A stretch of 64,000 nucleotides of DNA, from contig CAVRTU010000005.1 in the NCBI GenBank assembly GCA_963724265.1, forward strand, positions 638,041-702,040. Reading direction: 5' to 3'. Positions 60,556 through 64,000 of the stretch are shown one piece after another. The first letter of the stretch is position 1; each line of letters begins with the position of its first letter. This DNA is from an uncultured Gemmatimonadales bacterium (lineage in GTDB: Bacteria > Gemmatimonadota > Gemmatimonadetes > Gemmatimonadales > GWC2-71-9). A program made the position numbers and the translations under genes. Below the pieces are notes generated by a model that searched no databases, had not been told where the DNA came from, and saw only the letters and a list, made by a program, of their open reading frames with translations.

Positions 60556-61593
60556 TCAGCCGCCTCGGACATGCATCTCGCGATGCGGATCCACCCGCAG
60601 CGACTCGACCGGGTAGAGCGCCCCGCGGCCGATCTGTGCCAGGCGCTGCTCGGCGCCGCGGTCGTCCCGGGCGCCCCAGGCGCCCCGGATCAGGCCGGCG
60701 ATTTCCTCGTCGCTAGCGCCGCCCCGCAGCGGCGCCCGCAGGTCGAGCCCGTCGCGGGCATAGAGACAGAGGAACAGCGTCCCGTCGGCAGTGAGCCGGG
60801 CGCGATCGCAGTCACGACAGAACGGGGCCGTGGTGGAGGCGACGATGCCGAAGATCGTCCCGTCCGCCAGCCGGTACCGTTCGGCCGGGGCCCGGCTGTC
60901 ATGCCCGCTGGCCAGCGGCTCCGGCGGGCCGAACCGCCGGCCAAGGCGCTCGAGGATCTCGTCGCGGGAGACGACCTGGTCCTGACTCCACGCCGTGGCG
61001 CCGCCCACGTCCATGTATTCGATGTAGCGGAGCTCCGCCTGCTCCGCCCGGGCGAAGTCGAGCAGCTCGGTCACCTCATCGTCGTTGTAGCCGCGGATGA
61101 CGACCGAGTTGAGCTTCAACCTCTCGAACCCGGCGGCGCGGGCGCCCCGAATGCCCTCCAGTACCTCGTGGTGCCGGGCACTCCGGGCGAAGGCGATCAT
61201 CCGTTCCGGCCGCAGCGTATCGAGACTCACCGTGATCCGGCCGAGGCCCGCGGCCTTGAGCGCCTCCGCCTGCGGGGCCAGCAGGATCCCGTTGGTGGTC
61301 ATCGCCAGGTCGGCGACACCGGAGGTCGGCGACAGCGAGTGCAACCAGCCCGGCGAGGTCGTGCCGGAGGAGCGGCTCCCCGCCGGTCAGGCGGTACTTG
61401 CCCACTCCCAGCGACGCGAAGATCCCGACCAGTCGATGCAGCTCCTCGAAGGTGAGGATCGACGCCCGGGGGAGCCAGATGTACTCCTCCTCCGGCATGC
61501 AGTACCGGCAGCGCATGTTGCAGCGATCGGTCACCGAGAGCCGCAGGCTGCCCAGCGGGCGGCCGAGGGAGGTCGCTGGACGGGCTCAGCCAT
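60556..61593 (-). CDS. moaA: GTP 3',8-cyclase MoaA (radical SAM); frameshifted
   Basis: [10 protein letters not shown] start, then [61 protein letters not shown] (61076..61534), then [81 protein letters not shown] (60556..61344). Confidence 0.9.
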
Positions 61594-62034
61594 GGGGCGC
61601 CGCCGGGTCGCTTGGTGGGATCGACCCACGCGGTCGAGCCGTCGGCGTAGTCCTCACGCTTCCAGATCGGAACCCGCCGCTTGAGCTGCTCGATCACGTA
61701 GCGGCAGGCCTCGAAGGCGTCGTCGCGGTGGTCGGCCGCAGCCGCGATGGCGACGGCAATGTCACCGATGGCGAGACGGCCCAGCCGGTGCTCGAGCGCC
61801 ACGCGTGACCGGCCACTGGGCCGCCGCCTCCGCGACGATCCGGGCGCATTCCGCCTCCGCCATCGGTTCGTAGGCGTTGTACTCGAGTCCGGTCACCGTG
61901 CGCCCATCCTGGTGATCCCGCACGATCCCGAGAAAGGTCGCGATTCCGCCGCGGGCCGGGCCCCCGACCCGGGCGATCAGCCGATCGAGCTGAATGGGAT
62001 CTCTGGTCAGGAGAGGCATCCCCGGCGGGCTCAT
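61585..62034 (-). CDS. moaE: Molybdopterin synthase catalytic subunit MoaE; frameshifted, 3' end approximate
   Basis: [46 protein letters not shown] (61762..62034), then [48 protein letters not shown] (61299..61802 frame). As given, this frame has no stop until 61299, inside moaA. Confidence 0.8.
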
Positions 62035-62300
62035 CCCCCGGCCATCGGCGGCAGGATGGCGATCTCGTCACCGTCACGGACCGGATCGTCGAGATTGGCG
62101 TGTACCTGGTTTCGTGCCACCAGCGGCCGCGGCGGCATCCGATCCCCACCGGGGGCGAGCTCCCGCACCCGTCGAACGACGTCGGCGACCGTGGCGGGCG
62201 CCGCAGTCGTCACCTCGAGTTCCCCATTGCCGGCGAGATCGGCGTAACTGGCAAAGAGGAGGACCCGGACCCTGAGGGAGATCGTGGCGGCGGTGCTCAT
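62031..62300 (-). CDS. moaD: Molybdopterin synthase sulfur-carrier subunit MoaD (ThiS/MoaD family)
   Basis: Intact 89-aa reading from ATG 62300: [42 protein letters not shown] with the C-terminal GG. ATGA overlap with moaE. Confidence 0.85.
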   Translation of the reverse strand: MSTAATISLRVRVLLFASYADLAGNGELEVTTAAPATVADVVRRVRELAPGGDRMPPRPLVARNQVHANLDDPVRDGDEIAILPPMAGG

Positions 62301-62340
62301 GCTGAAGTATAGGGGGGATAGCGCCTTGGGACTCAAGGAC

Positions 62341-62373
62341 AAAAGGCGAACGGGCCGGGAGCAATCCCGGCCC
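62341..62373 (-). terminator. Rho-independent terminator after the HU/IHF gene
   Basis: On the minus strand, GGGCCGGGA-TTGC-TCCCGGCCC is followed by GTTCGCCTTTTGT, 26 nt after the stop. Confidence 0.6.
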
Positions 62374-62398
62374 GTCGGCACCGCGGTCACCGCGACTC

Positions 62399-62719
62399 CT
62401 ACCGCTGCGGCTCGGAAGGCTCCGGCTCGTCGGCGACCAGCGCCCGCAACTCCTTGCTGGGCTTGAACACCGGCACCGGTCGGGCTGCGACCTCGACCGG
62501 ATCGCCGGTGCGAGGGTTCCGGGCCATGCGAGTCTTCCGGCGCCGGATCTTGAATGTGCCGAAACCCCGTACCTCGATGTTGTGCTGCGCTTTGAGCGCA
62601 TCCTTGACCGCGTCCAGGAAGGCGTCCACCACGCGGGCGCAGTCCTTCTTGGAGATCATCGGCCCGGCAGTTCGGGCGATGGCAGCGGTCACATTTTCAA
62701 CGAGATCGGCCTTGGTCAT
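62399..62719 (-). CDS. HU/IHF-family DNA-binding protein
   Basis: Intact 106-aa reading from ATG 62719: MTKADLVENV..FLDAVKDALKAQHNIEVRGFGTFKIRRRKTRMARNPRTGDPVEVAARPVPVFKPSKELR. Acidic Pro/Glu tail. Confidence 0.85.
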   Translation of the reverse strand: MTKADLVENVTAAIARTAGPMISKKDCARVVDAFLDAVKDALKAQHNIEVRGFGTFKIRRRKTRMARNPRTGDPVEVAARPVPVFKPSKELRALVADEPEPSEPQR

Positions 62720-62776
62720 CCATCCCCCTGTCGGGCCAGCACTTGCGGCCACATTGCCGTCAATCGGCCCTAGGAG

Positions 62777-62805
62777 ACAGTACGAGCTTACCTGTTGACT
62801 GTCAA
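62777..62805 (-). promoter_or_regulatory. Candidate sigma-70-type promoter of the HU/IHF gene
   Basis: Minus strand TTGACA - 17 nt - TACTGT. The -35 box is part of the palindrome TTGACAGTCAA and overlaps the carA stop. Confidence 0.35.
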
Positions 62806-63922
62806 GGGGTTGGGCCGCCGGACCGGTTCTGGGCCGCAATCAGGCCCAGGAACTCACCGAAATGGGGGTAGGCGTCGTGGGGTCCTGGAGAGGCTTCCGG
62901 GTGGTATTGCACGGCGAAAACCGGAAGTCGTTTGTGGCGAACACCTTCCACGGTACCGTCGTTCAGATTGAGGTGGGTGACCTCCAGATCGGGGCGCCCG
63001 GCACTCCAGACTCGTTCCCATCCACGGCAAAACCGTGATTCTGGGAGGTGATCAGCACCCTGCCGGTCGCCAGCTCCTTGACCGGATGATTCCCACCCCG
63101 GTGACCATAGGGCAGCTTGACGGTCCTGCCCCCGAACGCGAGTCCGAGGAGCTGGTGGCCGAGGCAGATGCCGAAGGTGGGAAGGCCGGTCTCCGCCAGC
63201 TCCCGGATGATCGGCATGGCATAGGTCACCGCGGCGGGATCGCCCGGGCCGTTGGAGAGGAAGAGCCCCTCGGGACGCATGGCCAGCACCTGGGCCGCCG
63301 TCGTGGTGGCCGGAACCACCGTGACCCGGCACCCCCGAGGCGCCCAGCATCCGGACGATGTTCCGCTTCATGCCGTAGTCGTAGGCCACGACCAGCGGGC
63401 CCTCGCCCTCCTCCCAGGTCGCGGCCACCGTCGCCCTGGAGGCGAGATCGAGCCCGTTCATCGAGGGGGAGTCCATCAGCTGCAGCGTGATGACGGGGGA
63501 CGGCTCCTGGCCCTCCGCGATCACGCCGCGCATCGCCCCCCGCTCCCGGATGTGGCGGGTGAGCCGGCGGGTATCCACGTTTTCGATCAGAGGGTACCCG
63601 GCTCTCCGCGAGCCAGCTCGTCGAGGATCCTGGTCGCCCGCCAGTTCGAGGCGCCGGCGCGACATCTCGCGCACCACGACGCCGCTGACCTGCGGGCGGC
63701 CCGACTCCATGTCTTCGCGATTCACGCCGTAGTTGCCGATCATCGGCGCCGTCATCACCACGATCTGGCCGAGGTAGCTGGGATCGGTGAAGGTCTCCTG
63801 GTATCCGGTAGAGTTCGGTGGTGAACACCACCTCGCCGAAGGCAGGCGGCAGGGAGCGGCGGCGCGGTCCCGGCGTACCAGGTGCCGTCCTCGAGCAAAA
63901 CAAAGGCGGGGCGATCGGTCAT
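62802..63922 (-). CDS. carA: Carbamoyl-phosphate synthase small (glutaminase) subunit; frameshifted
   Basis: [16 protein letters not shown] start (63922), [62 protein letters not shown] (62802..63761), [62 protein letters not shown] (62963..63319) and [36 protein letters not shown]. Confidence 0.9.
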
Positions 63923-64000
63923 CCCGTCACCCCGCCTGGAAAGACAGTGGGCATCCGCACTCCGGTTACTGAGCCGGCGCCTTCGGAGCTGGAGCCGGTG

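Noticed and set aside
62301-62398. Possible Moco riboswitch upstream of moaD
   Set aside because: The gap is only 98 nt. It is largely taken up by a hairpin plus T run that is better explained as the terminator of the upstream HU/IHF gene. I could not find the conserved Moco-motif elements by eye.
63966-64000. 3' end of another minus-strand gene (..PAPAPKAPAQ, TAA at 63966-63968)
   Set aside because: Only about 11 codons lie inside the window, which is too little to identify or to support as a feature.

Overview
High-GC (roughly 70%) bacterial chromosomal window with about 62 protein genes, one tRNA and no rRNA, CRISPR array, transposase or prophage. All calls come from motif recognition in the six-frame track and my own reading of the DNA; no database search was possible. 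The gene content points to a diderm (LpxH-like, LptE-like, beta-barrel proteins). It may be Gemmatimonadota-like, but that is only an impression.

Content is mostly housekeeping and mostly on the minus strand:
- rdgB-rph and an envelope operon with a HEAT-repeat/cyclophilin fusion
- murI, ltaE, a lipid kinase, tRNA-Sec, ridA, fhs, tatD
- secDF, ribF, truB, rbfA, DUF503, infB, an L7Ae-like gene and nusA
- pgeF, a Ca2+/H+ exchanger, a VIT-family protein, an ureohydrolase, murA
- a DUF948 / Zn-phospholipase-C-like / Ser-Thr kinase cluster
- gatCAB, a PcrA/UvrD helicase, an orphan histidine kinase, serS
- a Roadblock / nucleotidyltransferase / hexapeptide-repeat / MBL cassette
- groES-groEL with two CIRCE operators
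- divergent M28 and M1 peptidases
- mdh-sdhCAB followed by two secreted proteins of unknown function
- trmL, moaA-moaE-moaD, an HU/IHF gene and carA

The main caveat is that about 40 of the 62 genes, including groEL, infB, secD, serS and murA, can only be read by switching frames. The breaks are +/-1 indels, biased toward insertions, located in G/C runs where I could reconstruct them, and clustered in blocks. I read this as consensus error rather than gene decay. Gene identities are therefore firmer than exact coordinates.

I found no clearly novel multi-gene system. The most notable items are:
- an isolated tRNA-Sec gene
- a family of heptad-based palindromic REP/MITE-like elements, one with a 7-bp flanking direct repeat that supplies the sdhC stop codon
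- the translationally coupled Roadblock-led cassette
- two unknown secreted proteins coupled to the end of the sdh operon
- an orphan sensor kinase wedged between serS and the helicase
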